Virus record (IMG/VR): IMGVR_UViG_3300042309_002053
Location: 1 to 59,224 of that record
Length of the DNA stretch: 59,224 nucleotides
Strand: one strand, 5' to 3'
Origin: a virus
Taxonomy: Duplodnaviria; Caudoviricetes
Below the pieces are notes generated by a model. That model worked only from the letters and a program-made list of their open reading frames with translations, was not told where the DNA came from and did no database searches. The position numbers and the translations under genes are program-made. Every line of letters starts with the position of its first letter. The first letter of the stretch is position 1. Positions 37,615-46,047 of this stretch are shown here, in pieces.

Positions 37615-38138
37615 TGATACCAATGCCAATGCTACCTGAATTTGCAATGAAACATATCGCAAGCGAAAATAGTAGATCAAAACTTACTAATATACTAGAA
37701 GGCGATATACAGCCTAATGCGGTAGATTTGAGACTAGGTAAAGTTTTTAGGATACTCGACAATGATTTCTTCATCTCTAACGATCATAAGGTACATAGAG
37801 GTTCAGAAGAGATTCAACCTAACGATGAAGGGTATTATGTACTAAAGCCGGGCTCATATGAAATCGTTATGGAGAATATTATCCATGTTGGTGAAAATGA
37901 AGCCGGGTGGGTCATTACACGTAGCACATTGAACCGTAATGGGTGTTTTATTACCTCCGGTCTTTATGACTCAGGCTATCATGGCGTTATGGCTGGAGTG
38001 CTACACGTAACAACAGGTACCGCAAGAATTAAGCAGGGTACCCGTGTCGGTCAATACTTGAGCTTCAGTGCTCAGTCGCTTAAAATGTATGACGGTGATT
38101 ACGGTGTTGGTAAGTCACACGATAAAAAATATACATAA
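37614..38138 (+). CDS. Trimeric dUTPase / dCTP deaminase family protein
   Basis: QPNAVDLRL, RSTLNRNG, YDSGYHG, GTRVGQ, YDGDY. Confidence 0.82.
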   Translation: MIPMPMLPEFAMKHIASENSRSKLTNILEGDIQPNAVDLRLGKVFRILDNDFFISNDHKVHRGSEEIQPNDEGYYVLKPGSYEIVMENIIHVGENEAGWVITRSTLNRNGCFITSGLYDSGYHGVMAGVLHVTTGTARIKQGTRVGQYLSFSAQSLKMYDGDYGVGKSHDKKYT

Positions 38139-38142
38139 TAAT

Positions 38143-38201
38143 AGCGGTCTGTTGGCGTCACCCCGCTTTATAAACTCTGCCGCCTATGTCTAACATAGGA
38201 G
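38143..38201 (+). ncRNA. Candidate preQ1-I-like riboswitch / structured leader of queD
   Basis: Stem AGCGG/CCGCT with loop TCTGTTGGCGTCACC, tail TTATAAAC, then hairpin CCTATG-TCTAA-CATAGG covering the AGGAG SD. Confidence 0.5.
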
Positions 38202-38206
38202 AAAAA

Positions 38207-38704
38207 ATGCAACCTGTAGTATATAAGTACGTTTCGACTAAAGAGTATCACGATGAGTTCCCTTGCGCTTATCGTCAATGGCGAGCTGATAGCCATTGTA
38301 ATCTGATTCACGGATACTCTTTCTCGATGAAGTTTTACTTCGGTACTAATAATCTTGATGTTCGTAATTGGGTAGCTGATTATGGCGGTCTTAAGGAACT
38401 AAAGAACGTTCTTAAAGATCAGTTTGATCATACGCTACTTGTAGCTGAAGATGATCCTGAACTTGAAACGTTTAAACTTCTGCAAGAAAAGAAACTAGCC
38501 AAGCTTACCATTCTGCCACGTCTCGGTTGTGAGAGTCTAGCTGATCAACTTTATAAGTATGTTAACGGGGTATACATTCCTGACTTCTGGGGACCCGGAG
38601 AAGCAGATCGTCTGTGGTGCTTCCGCATAGAAGTAAGAGAGACACAAAGCAATATGGCATGGCGAGAAGGCCACCGGGAATGGGGTGAAGATCTATTCGC
38701 ATGA
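38207..38704 (+). CDS. queD: 6-carboxy-tetrahydropterin synthase (atypical)
   Basis: CAYRQ..SHC.LIHGYS, WVADYGGLKELK..L...FDHTLLV, EVRET..N.A; ATG 38207 after AGGAG. Confidence 0.82.
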   Translation: MQPVVYKYVSTKEYHDEFPCAYRQWRADSHCNLIHGYSFSMKFYFGTNNLDVRNWVADYGGLKELKNVLKDQFDHTLLVAEDDPELETFKLLQEKKLAKLTILPRLGCESLADQLYKYVNGVYIPDFWGPGEADRLWCFRIEVRETQSNMAWREGHREWGEDLFA

Positions 38705-39870
38705 GTAAACAAGTCGACGTTATTGGAGCTGGCATCACCGGGCTGATGTCAGCTTATTTCTTGTCTAAGAAGGGATATCAGGTTTCTGTATTTGAACGGG
38801 AACCGTATCCTGCTATGCAATGTTCTTATGCCAACGGTGGCCAGATTTCAGTTTGCAATTCAGAAACTTGGAATAACTGGCCTACCGTGTGGAAGGGTAC
38901 CAAGTGGTTATTAAAGCAAGATGCTCCTCTTCTTATTAGACCATATCCGTCTTTCCACAAAATTAAATGGATGGCAGGTTTCCTTAAACATACATTGACG
39001 GGGAGCCATATTAATAACACTATCGAAACTATTAGACTGGGTATAGAAAGTAGAAACCTATACAATCAAATAGATAGTGAATATAATCTCGGTCCTCTAT
39101 ATGATAGAGTTGATAAGGGTATGATGCACGTTCATACCAACGAAAAAGACTACCAGCATGCAGCAAGTATGCAGGAGCTCTTTACGGCTTATGGTCTCGA
39201 TTGGGAAATGATCAGTGCTGAAGAAGCAAGAAGAATAGAGCCTGCACTTAAAAGCTTTAAAGATGTATTAGGTGGTACGTATGTAAGAACTGATTGGTCA
39301 GGTGATATACACAAGTACTGCAAGCAAATTAAAAACATTCTAAAAGATAGGGGCGTGCTCTTTTACTTCGGCAGCTCTTTTGATATGGATAGAATTGATC
39401 GCCCTACAGTAATTGCTACGGGTCATGAAATGTATAACCATGCCAGAGAGCTGGGAGATGAATTTAACATTTACCCGGTTAAAGGTTATTCAGTTACTAT
39501 TAGCTTGAATGACGAACGAAGCAAGCAGGCCGCCCCTACAGTTTCTTTACTAGACAACAATAAAAAGATTGTTGCGTCAAGAATGGGAGATAGACTAAGA
39601 GTTGCAGGCACCGCCGAGCTGGATGGTACTAATTTAGATATTAGACAGGAAAGAATCGAGCCACTGTTACAATGGGTGAGAGAAAACTTTAAAGACGTAA
39701 ACACCGAAGACTACAGCACCTGGGCATGTTTACGGCCTATGAACTCTAACATGATGCCTATTGTACAAAAGTCAAAAAGCAACGATAATGTATTTTATAA
39801 TGGGGGGCATGGGCACCTGGGTTGGACTTTGGGTGCTGTAACTGGAAAGATGGTTGCTGATCTAATATGA
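38701..39870 (+). CDS. FAD-dependent D-amino acid dehydrogenase-like (DadA/DAO family)
   Basis: VIGAGITG, SYANGGQIS, YPVKGYS, RLRVAGTAE, WACLRPM, GHGHLGWT. Confidence 0.88.
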   Translation: MSKQVDVIGAGITGLMSAYFLSKKGYQVSVFEREPYPAMQCSYANGGQISVCNSETWNNWPTVWKGTKWLLKQDAPLLIRPYPSFHKIKWMAGFLKHTLTGSHINNTIETIRLGIESRNLYNQIDSEYNLGPLYDRVDKGMMHVHTNEKDYQHAASMQELFTAYGLDWEMISAEEARRIEPALKSFKDVLGGTYVRTDWSGDIHKYCKQIKNILKDRGVLFYFGSSFDMDRIDRPTVIATGHEMYNHARELGDEFNIYPVKGYSVTISLNDERSKQAAPTVSLLDNNKKIVASRMGDRLRVAGTAELDGTNLDIRQERIEPLLQWVRENFKDVNTEDYSTWACLRPMNSNMMPIVQKSKSNDNVFYNGGHGHLGWTLGAVTGKMVADLI

Positions 39871-40925
39871 AAGTAGCTTTAATTACTGATACGCATTTCG
39901 GTGCTAGATCGGATTCCGTTCCGTTTGATAACTTCTTTCGTAAGTTTTACGAAGAGTGTTTTTGGCCTAAAATAGATGAACTAGGCATTAAGACAATCTT
40001 TCATCTAGGTGATTGTTTTGATCGCCGTAAGTATATTAACTTTAACACGCTTAAATCCTGCAGAGAGTATTTCTTTGATGCAGCTAAAGAAAGAAACGTG
40101 CAAGTAGTAATGATTGTAGGGAATCATGACACATTCTTTAAGAACACAAATAACGTCAATTCTCCTGGGCTACTTCTTCAGGACTATGATAACATTACTG
40201 CTTATTCTGGTCCCGTTGAGTATAGTGTTGATGGACTGTCTATTCTTTTAATGCCTTGGGTATGTACGGATAACTATAACGAGTGTATGGAAGCACTCAA
40301 GATTGCTAAGTCACCGGTACTATTCGGTCACTTTGAGATTGCTGGTTTCCAAATGTATAAAGGGCACGAAAATGATGAAGGCTTTAATCCTAATTTGTTT
40401 AATAGCTTTGATCTTGTTTGCTCCGGGCATTTTCATCACCGCAGTAGTAACGGTAATATCCATTACCTTGGCAATCCTTATGAGCTTACTTGGGCTGATT
40501 TTGATGATCCTCGTGGTTTTCATATCTTTGATACTTCTTCCCTTCAGCTGGATTTTGTAAGAAACCCGTACAGTATCTTTACTAAGTACTACTACGATGA
40601 TACAAAAGAAGATCCGCTAAGCGTAGATACTTCTACATTCGCCAATCAACATGTAAAAATTATCGTAATAAACAAGACCGACTTTTATAAATTTGATCAA
40701 TTTATCGAGCGCATTTATAAACACAATCCTCTAGAGCTCAAAATCATAGAAGATCTTTCAGAGTTCGAATCTGAAGCTTTGGGTAATGATGATGTTGATT
40801 TAGAAGATACTTTAACTCTGCTATCACAGTACGTTGATAGTCTTGAAACCGACGCTGACAAGGATCGTATTAAGACGTTGATGAAGACGTTGTATGTGGA
40901 AGCGCAAAATTACGAAGAAGCATGA
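39867..40925 (+). CDS. gp47: Recombination endonuclease subunit (Mre11/SbcD-like)
   Basis: DTHFG, GDCFDRRK, GNHD, GHFE, SGHFH. Confidence 0.94.
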   Translation: MKVALITDTHFGARSDSVPFDNFFRKFYEECFWPKIDELGIKTIFHLGDCFDRRKYINFNTLKSCREYFFDAAKERNVQVVMIVGNHDTFFKNTNNVNSPGLLLQDYDNITAYSGPVEYSVDGLSILLMPWVCTDNYNECMEALKIAKSPVLFGHFEIAGFQMYKGHENDEGFNPNLFNSFDLVCSGHFHHRSSNGNIHYLGNPYELTWADFDDPRGFHIFDTSSLQLDFVRNPYSIFTKYYYDDTKEDPLSVDTSTFANQHVKIIVINKTDFYKFDQFIERIYKHNPLELKIIEDLSEFESEALGNDDVDLEDTLTLLSQYVDSLETDADKDRIKTLMKTLYVEAQNYEEA

Positions 40926-42634
40926 TTAAATTTGAAGCAATTCGATGGCGTAATTTCCTTTCTACTGGTTCAAATTTTACAGAAGTAAGACTAGATCGAT
41001 CACCCACTACACTCATTGTGGGTGAAAATGGAGCTGGTAAGTCTACTATCTTAGACGCAATCTGCTATGGGTTGTTTAATAAACCATTTAGGAATATCAA
41101 CAAGCCTCAGCTCGTCAACTCTATCAACCAGAAACAGATGGTGGTGGAGATAGAGTTTAGTATCGGTACAAAGAAGTATAAAATTGTTCGAGGCGCCAAG
41201 CCTAATGTATTTGAAATCTATCTCAACGATGAGATGATTAATCAAGATGCTGCTTCTAGAGATTATCAGAAGTACTTAGAAGAGCATGTACTGAAGCTAA
41301 ACTATAAGTCTTTTACTCAGATCGTTATTCTGGGTTCGGCTTCCTTTACGCCGTTCATGCAATTACCTACCGGGCATCGTAGAGAAGTTATCGAGGACCT
41401 GCTCGATATTAAGATCTTCTCTACTATGAATGAGGTACTGAAAGAAAAGTATAATGATGTTAAGGTAAAAATTACCAAGGCAGAAAATGAAATAGAACTT
41501 GGTAAGCAGAAGGTAAAACTACAGCAAGACTATATTAAGACGCTTGAAGAAGACAAGCAAAAGAAGGTAGATGATGTACAGCGCAGAATCAATGAAACTA
41601 ATGCGGATCTTGTTCAATTGTCTAATTCTGTACAAACCGAACAAACGGCAAAAGATACTTTGCAATCCTCAATATCTGACGCGTCCGATAAAAGAAAGAA
41701 GCGTATGGAGATGGGACAGCTACTTCAAAAACTTTCCGAGCGTATTAAAGCGCAAGAGAAAAGTATCGAGTTCTATACCGAGCATGACGTTTGTCCGACA
41801 TGTAGTCAAGACTTGGCTGAAGATCTCAAAGAGACGGCAAAAGCAGCTCACACCCATAAAATTGAAGAAATTCAAGGAGCCGTTGTTACCCTTACGACCC
41901 AACTCGAAGAGATTGGAACAAGACTTGATGAGATTGATGTTATCGAAGAACAAATTTCTAAGCACAAAGATAGCATCATCAGTCTCAATACCCAGATCAT
42001 TGCCAGTCAGCAATACATACAAAAGCTTAATGCAGAGCTCAATAATGAAACTACCGCACGGGGTAACATTGACGAGGAAAAAGCAACTCTCAAATCGCTT
42101 GCAAAAGAAGTTGTGGAGCTCTCTAATCAGAAGACATCGCTGGTCGAAGAACGGCACTACCTTGACGTTGCAGGCATCTTACTTAAAGACACGGGAATTA
42201 AGACGAAGGTTATTAGACAGTACCTCCCGGTCATCAATAAGCTAGTAAATAAGTACCTACAGGCGATGGACTTCTTTGTGTCGTTTGAACTCGATGAAGC
42301 ATTCAATGAGAAGATTAAATCACGGCACCGAGATGAGTTTAGCTACGCTTCGTTCAGCGAAGGTGAGAAAGCTAAAATTGACTTAGCATTGCTATTTGCT
42401 TGGCGTACTATTGCTAAGATGAAGAACTCTGCCAGCACTAATCTATTGCTACTTGATGAAGTGTTCGACGGTAGCTTGGATATAAATGGTACAGACTATG
42501 TTATGACTATCCTCAATACCATTGGGGAAGATAATAATATCTTTATTATCAGTCATAAAGATGCGTTGTTCGATAAGTTTAGATCAGTGATTCGTTTTGA
42601 GAAGCATCAGAATTTCAGCAGAATAGCTAAGTAA
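40922..42634 (+). CDS. gp46: Recombination endonuclease subunit (Rad50/SbcC-like)
   Basis: GENGAGKST, CPTC zinc hook, FSEGEK signature, LLDEVFD, ISH. Confidence 0.95.
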   Translation: MIKFEAIRWRNFLSTGSNFTEVRLDRSPTTLIVGENGAGKSTILDAICYGLFNKPFRNINKPQLVNSINQKQMVVEIEFSIGTKKYKIVRGAKPNVFEIYLNDEMINQDAASRDYQKYLEEHVLKLNYKSFTQIVILGSASFTPFMQLPTGHRREVIEDLLDIKIFSTMNEVLKEKYNDVKVKITKAENEIELGKQKVKLQQDYIKTLEEDKQKKVDDVQRRINETNADLVQLSNSVQTEQTAKDTLQSSISDASDKRKKRMEMGQLLQKLSERIKAQEKSIEFYTEHDVCPTCSQDLAEDLKETAKAAHTHKIEEIQGAVVTLTTQLEEIGTRLDEIDVIEEQISKHKDSIISLNTQIIASQQYIQKLNAELNNETTARGNIDEEKATLKSLAKEVVELSNQKTSLVEERHYLDVAGILLKDTGIKTKVIRQYLPVINKLVNKYLQAMDFFVSFELDEAFNEKIKSRHRDEFSYASFSEGEKAKIDLALLFAWRTIAKMKNSASTNLLLLDEVFDGSLDINGTDYVMTILNTIGEDNNIFIISHKDALFDKFRSVIRFEKHQNFSRIAK

Positions 42635-42657
42635 TAAATATTCTAAAAGGAGGTCTT

Positions 42658-43080
42658 ATGCCTATCCCAAAAGAGTATTTAGATGATACATTTGATTTTG
42701 GCTTTTCCGCTGTAGATGATGATGCGCCGGCTACGGCTACACCTACCCCTACAGTTAACACCCAGGAAATCTCTCAACCTATTGTTGAAAGAATTACCAA
42801 TCTAGAAAGTAAAGTTAACACTTTAGGTACCAATGTTGGGGAAGTGTTAAACATTCTTGAAAGGTTGGAGCAGGTAGGTACACCTACATTAGATACTGAT
42901 GAGTATAAACTACTCATTCAGAAAGATGTGAAGGAAAAGCTGGCTGCTGTAGAGAAACTTATTATTCCTCTGTTGGTTAACTTAATGAAAAATCCTGAGA
43001 AGGATACCATTAAATGGCCAAATAGAGCACCGCTTATTGAAAAGCAAATAGAAAGAATTCTAGCTATTACTCGCTCTTAG
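42658..43080 (+). CDS. Conserved hypothetical protein (late)
   Basis: DFGFSAVD...LIIPLLVNLMKNPEK..I.WPNR; AATAAATA at 42633-42640 and AGGAGG RBS. Confidence 0.7.
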   Translation: MPIPKEYLDDTFDFGFSAVDDDAPATATPTPTVNTQEISQPIVERITNLESKVNTLGTNVGEVLNILERLEQVGTPTLDTDEYKLLIQKDVKEKLAAVEKLIIPLLVNLMKNPEKDTIKWPNRAPLIEKQIERILAITRS

Positions 43081-43606
43081 AGCCAGAACCATTTTTAAAG
43101 TAATAGAGACCTGCTTCGGTAGAATAATAGTCTCTTCCTAAGCTGTACCCAGGTGGTACATCTCTTCTATCTCTCACTCTAGTTTCTTTATCTGATCTGG
43201 GGTCGTGAGCCCAGTAGGTGTCTTTGGTATGTTGATTACCAATCTTTTTTTCTGACATAACTGTTTTAGTCTCGTCAGAATGTTTTTTACCATTAAAGTT
43301 AGATCTTCCTTTTAAAGCTAGAGATATCTTACGTCTAGTTAATTCATCTCTAGGCTTACCAATCTTGGATTCTGAAATTTTTTTCTTAGTCTCTTCAGAA
43401 AATGTCTTTGAGACCTGAAACATTTCTTCATAAGAAAAGCCAGGGTAGCTTCTCAGCATCCTGGCTTTAATTACATCTAAGACAGATCTATCCTTTATAG
43501 AATTAATTACTTCATATCTACTACCTAGTTTCTTCTTGATCTTTTCTAATGGAAGATCGGAAGCAACTATTTTTTTATCTGCAGTTAGTAGGTAGAAATG
43601 AATCAT
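43067..43606 (-). CDS. NUMOD3-repeat DNA-binding protein (homing-endonuclease related)
   Basis: SEETKKKISES.IG, ELTRRKISLALKG, GKKHSDETKTVMSE repeats; no clear catalytic motif. Confidence 0.72.
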   Translation of the reverse strand: MIHFYLLTADKKIVASDLPLEKIKKKLGSRYEVINSIKDRSVLDVIKARMLRSYPGFSYEEMFQVSKTFSEETKKKISESKIGKPRDELTRRKISLALKGRSNFNGKKHSDETKTVMSEKKIGNQHTKDTYWAHDPRSDKETRVRDRRDVPPGYSLGRDYYSTEAGLYYFKNGSGSKSE

Positions 43607-43668
43607 AATTAATAAAGTAAGGCGCGTACAGGCACCAAAGCCAGTACGCTACCCCTAAGTCATAAAAA

Positions 43669-44292
43669 TTAATCATGCATCTTTGGACTCTGACCTGGTA
43701 TTAAACCTAGATCATCATCCATCATTGACATGTTACCCATTGGCATTTGATTGCCAAAAGAAGACTGCATTGGCTGGGGAGCCTGGAAGCTAGATTGCAT
43801 TCCCCCTCCGAAGCTCGGCTGCTGCATCGGCTGCATTGGTCTGTGCTGCATAGGCATGCTCTGATTATAAGAAGGCTGCTGCATTCCAAAACCGTTGCCG
43901 TTATTCATACCAGCGGCTTTAGCGCCAGCCATTGCAGCTTCTTTACCAGTTCCAGCAAGCATTATACCTGATAGTGTACCGCATAAGAACGTAGCAACTG
44001 GAATAATAAGTTCAAAAAACTTTTGATCTATAGGGCTAATAGCGTTTAAAGGCTGAGTAACAAACATAATGCTATAGAGTACTGTAAATACAATACCTAT
44101 AAGCGTGAATGCCAAACAGCAGCCAATAAAAAACTTAAGACGAACCATCAGCTCGTTTTCAGTATAGCGCTCTCCAGGTTTAGAAACCTTTTCAGCTCTA
44201 TCTTGATGTCTTTCTTCTTTTTTCTCTTCCATTTTAACCTCTTCAACTTTCACTTCTTTAGGGGTTGGTGTAAATAATTCTTTCAAGCTCAT
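43669..44292 (-). CDS. Two-TM membrane protein with Gln/Met/Pro-rich tail
   Basis: FFIGCCLAFTLIGIVFTVLYSIMF and LIIPVATFLCGTLSGIMLAG hydrophobic segments. Confidence 0.75.
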   Translation of the reverse strand: MSLKELFTPTPKEVKVEEVKMEEKKEERHQDRAEKVSKPGERYTENELMVRLKFFIGCCLAFTLIGIVFTVLYSIMFVTQPLNAISPIDQKFFELIIPVATFLCGTLSGIMLAGTGKEAAMAGAKAAGMNNGNGFGMQQPSYNQSMPMQHRPMQPMQQPSFGGGMQSSFQAPQPMQSSFGNQMPMGNMSMMDDDLGLIPGQSPKMHD

Positions 44293-44534
44293 CTCATTTC
44301 TCCTTTACATGGTGAAGGGCTGCTCATGGACATATTTTTTTGAGTAAGATTCTCTTGACCCTTAAAGATATATTCTGGGCAATCTCTTGAAACTTCACAA
44401 ATTGGTTTTTGGCAAAATTCTTTATCCCAATTTTCTGGATTTTGGCAAGGATAGCGATATCTATTCTCGCATCCGGTAATAAAAAAACATCCTAATATCA
44501 TAACAAAAATTAATTTAATATCAGGAATTTTCAT
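44289..44534 (-). CDS. Small Cys-rich lipoprotein
   Basis: Signal peptide with lipobox-like ITGC, then RYRYPCQNP..C..P.C....CP. Confidence 0.72.
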   Translation of the reverse strand: MKIPDIKLIFVMILGCFFITGCENRYRYPCQNPENWDKEFCQKPICEVSRDCPEYIFKGQENLTQKNMSMSSPSPCKGEMR

Positions 44535-44922
44535 ATTTTCTCCAAGCTTGTAATTCGTCAGGTTTTTTTACATAAGGTCTGTTACCCTCACTTTTTGGTT
44601 CATTTTTATCCACATTAACATTGTTTCTAGTTAAATACTTATCTATTAGAGCATTTCCAACCCAAGCAGCCATGTACCCAGCAAAATACCATTCGCTGAA
44701 TCTTTGATCTAATATTAGATAAACGAAGCCCCAGGTACTTACAATCCAAGCACCGAAACGAACGAATTTCTTTTCATCTATCTTACCATTAGAGCAAATA
44801 AGATCTTTTACATCTATATTATTATTGCTATTTCTATGCCATATCCAAATGATAAGAAGAAGGAAGAATACTACTACCAATAGCAGTGTACTCATTCCTA
44901 CGGTTACCTTAGAAATATCCAT
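44521..44922 (-). CDS. Membrane protein (holin-like topology)
   Basis: About three hydrophobic segments and a charged C-terminal tail; TAATG coupling to the upstream gene. Confidence 0.6.
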   Translation of the reverse strand: MDISKVTVGMSTLLLVVVFFLLLIIWIWHRNSNNNIDVKDLICSNGKIDEKKFVRFGAWIVSTWGFVYLILDQRFSEWYFAGYMAAWVGNALIDKYLTRNNVNVDKNEPKSEGNRPYVKKPDELQAWRKYENS

Positions 44923-45428
44923 TACCATTTTCCGTTTGCTTGTCCAAACTCATAAAAAAGAATAGAAAAATAAACACCAGCAGCTAATGCCATGCAAAGC
45001 AAAGAAGCATACCAGGCGTTTTCTATAAATTTCTTACGTTTTTTAACCTGAAGTTCTATTAACTTTCTTCTTTTTTCTTTTATCTCTCGTCTATCTTTAA
45101 TAAAATCTGCATAGCCTTTTTGACCTAAAGCTTGAAGCTCGCCATAATAAAACATCAATTTAATTTCATCTTCCATCTGCTGGAGTCTAAGCTTGGCAGC
45201 GCTTAGGTCTAAAGCTTCTGCTGTAGCGGATTTTGAAAAATTTAAACTCTCAAATATACCTGGAGACTTATTGGTCTCCGTTGCTATAATACCGTACAGC
45301 TGGTCAGCAGCGTCAGCCCATTTACTTAACTGTCCAAATATATCTTGTACTTCTCTTCCCAATTCAACAGCTTTTTTTACGCCGTTGAAGGCAGCCGTAG
45401 CTGCCATTAAAAGTGATGCGGGATCCAT
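44922..45428 (-). CDS. Helical protein with C-terminal TM segment
   Basis: MDPASLLMAATAAF.GVKKAV; basic stretch, then WYASLLCMALAAGVYFSILF. Confidence 0.7.
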   Translation of the reverse strand: MDPASLLMAATAAFNGVKKAVELGREVQDIFGQLSKWADAADQLYGIIATETNKSPGIFESLNFSKSATAEALDLSAAKLRLQQMEDEIKLMFYYGELQALGQKGYADFIKDRREIKEKRRKLIELQVKKRKKFIENAWYASLLCMALAAGVYFSILFYEFGQANGKW

Positions 45429-46045
45429 TACTTATTAGCCAAGGGGTTATCCATAGCTTTTTGAATCTTGCTATCAACTTCTTTCTTTAACTGCTCGACT
45501 TCTTTATTAATTTCTCTTCTTGCAGCTGTAAACTCGCTATTAATTTCTTTGCGAGTTTGTTCCATATCTCTGCGAATAGCGTTAGCTTCATTTCTTGCTC
45601 GCTCTAGATCTTCACGTACAGCCTTACGCATTTCTCTCATTTCTATTTCAGTTTCACGCTGTGCTGTCTTAACACTGCGCTCTACTTGCTCTGTAACAGT
45701 TTCATTCCTTCTGATGTCATTCTTTAAATCAGTTTTAATGTCTCGGGTGTAATCAGAAGTTTTAGCGGAATTTTCTTCAATTACTGCTAAACGCTTATCA
45801 AACTCAGAAAGATCGGGAGAAACGTACTCTGCAATCTTTTTCTTCATTCCGATATAGTCTTTATAGACTTCGAATGCACCATAAAGAGCACCAAGCGTAG
45901 AGCTTACTATGGTTGCAGCTACCATGAGTTTTGCAGGGGTAAATTCATACCCTCCAATGCTTATGACGGTATCTTTAGAAGCGTACTTTTTAGCTGCTGC
46001 TTCTAGTTCATCTACTTTTTTGTTTACATCTACTTTTTCTGACAT
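45428..46045 (-). CDS. Single-TM coiled-coil protein
   Basis: LMVAATIVSSTLGALYGAF followed by a long heptad region; ends DNPLANK. Confidence 0.72.
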   Translation of the reverse strand: MSEKVDVNKKVDELEAAAKKYASKDTVISIGGYEFTPAKLMVAATIVSSTLGALYGAFEVYKDYIGMKKKIAEYVSPDLSEFDKRLAVIEENSAKTSDYTRDIKTDLKNDIRRNETVTEQVERSVKTAQRETEIEMREMRKAVREDLERARNEANAIRRDMEQTRKEINSEFTAARREINKEVEQLKKEVDSKIQKAMDNPLANK

Positions 46046-46047
46046 AG

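Noticed and set aside
28710-38704. que genes as tRNA queuosine biosynthesis
   Set aside because: No queA or queG/queH, no tRNA genes seen, and the TGT-fold protein lacks the zinc site of tRNA TGTs; DNA modification fits better, though untested
41571-42245. 224-aa alternative-frame ORF and antisense ORF inside gp46
   Set aside because: Lie wholly within the gp46 coiled coil with no recognisable motif or RBS; most likely chance open frames
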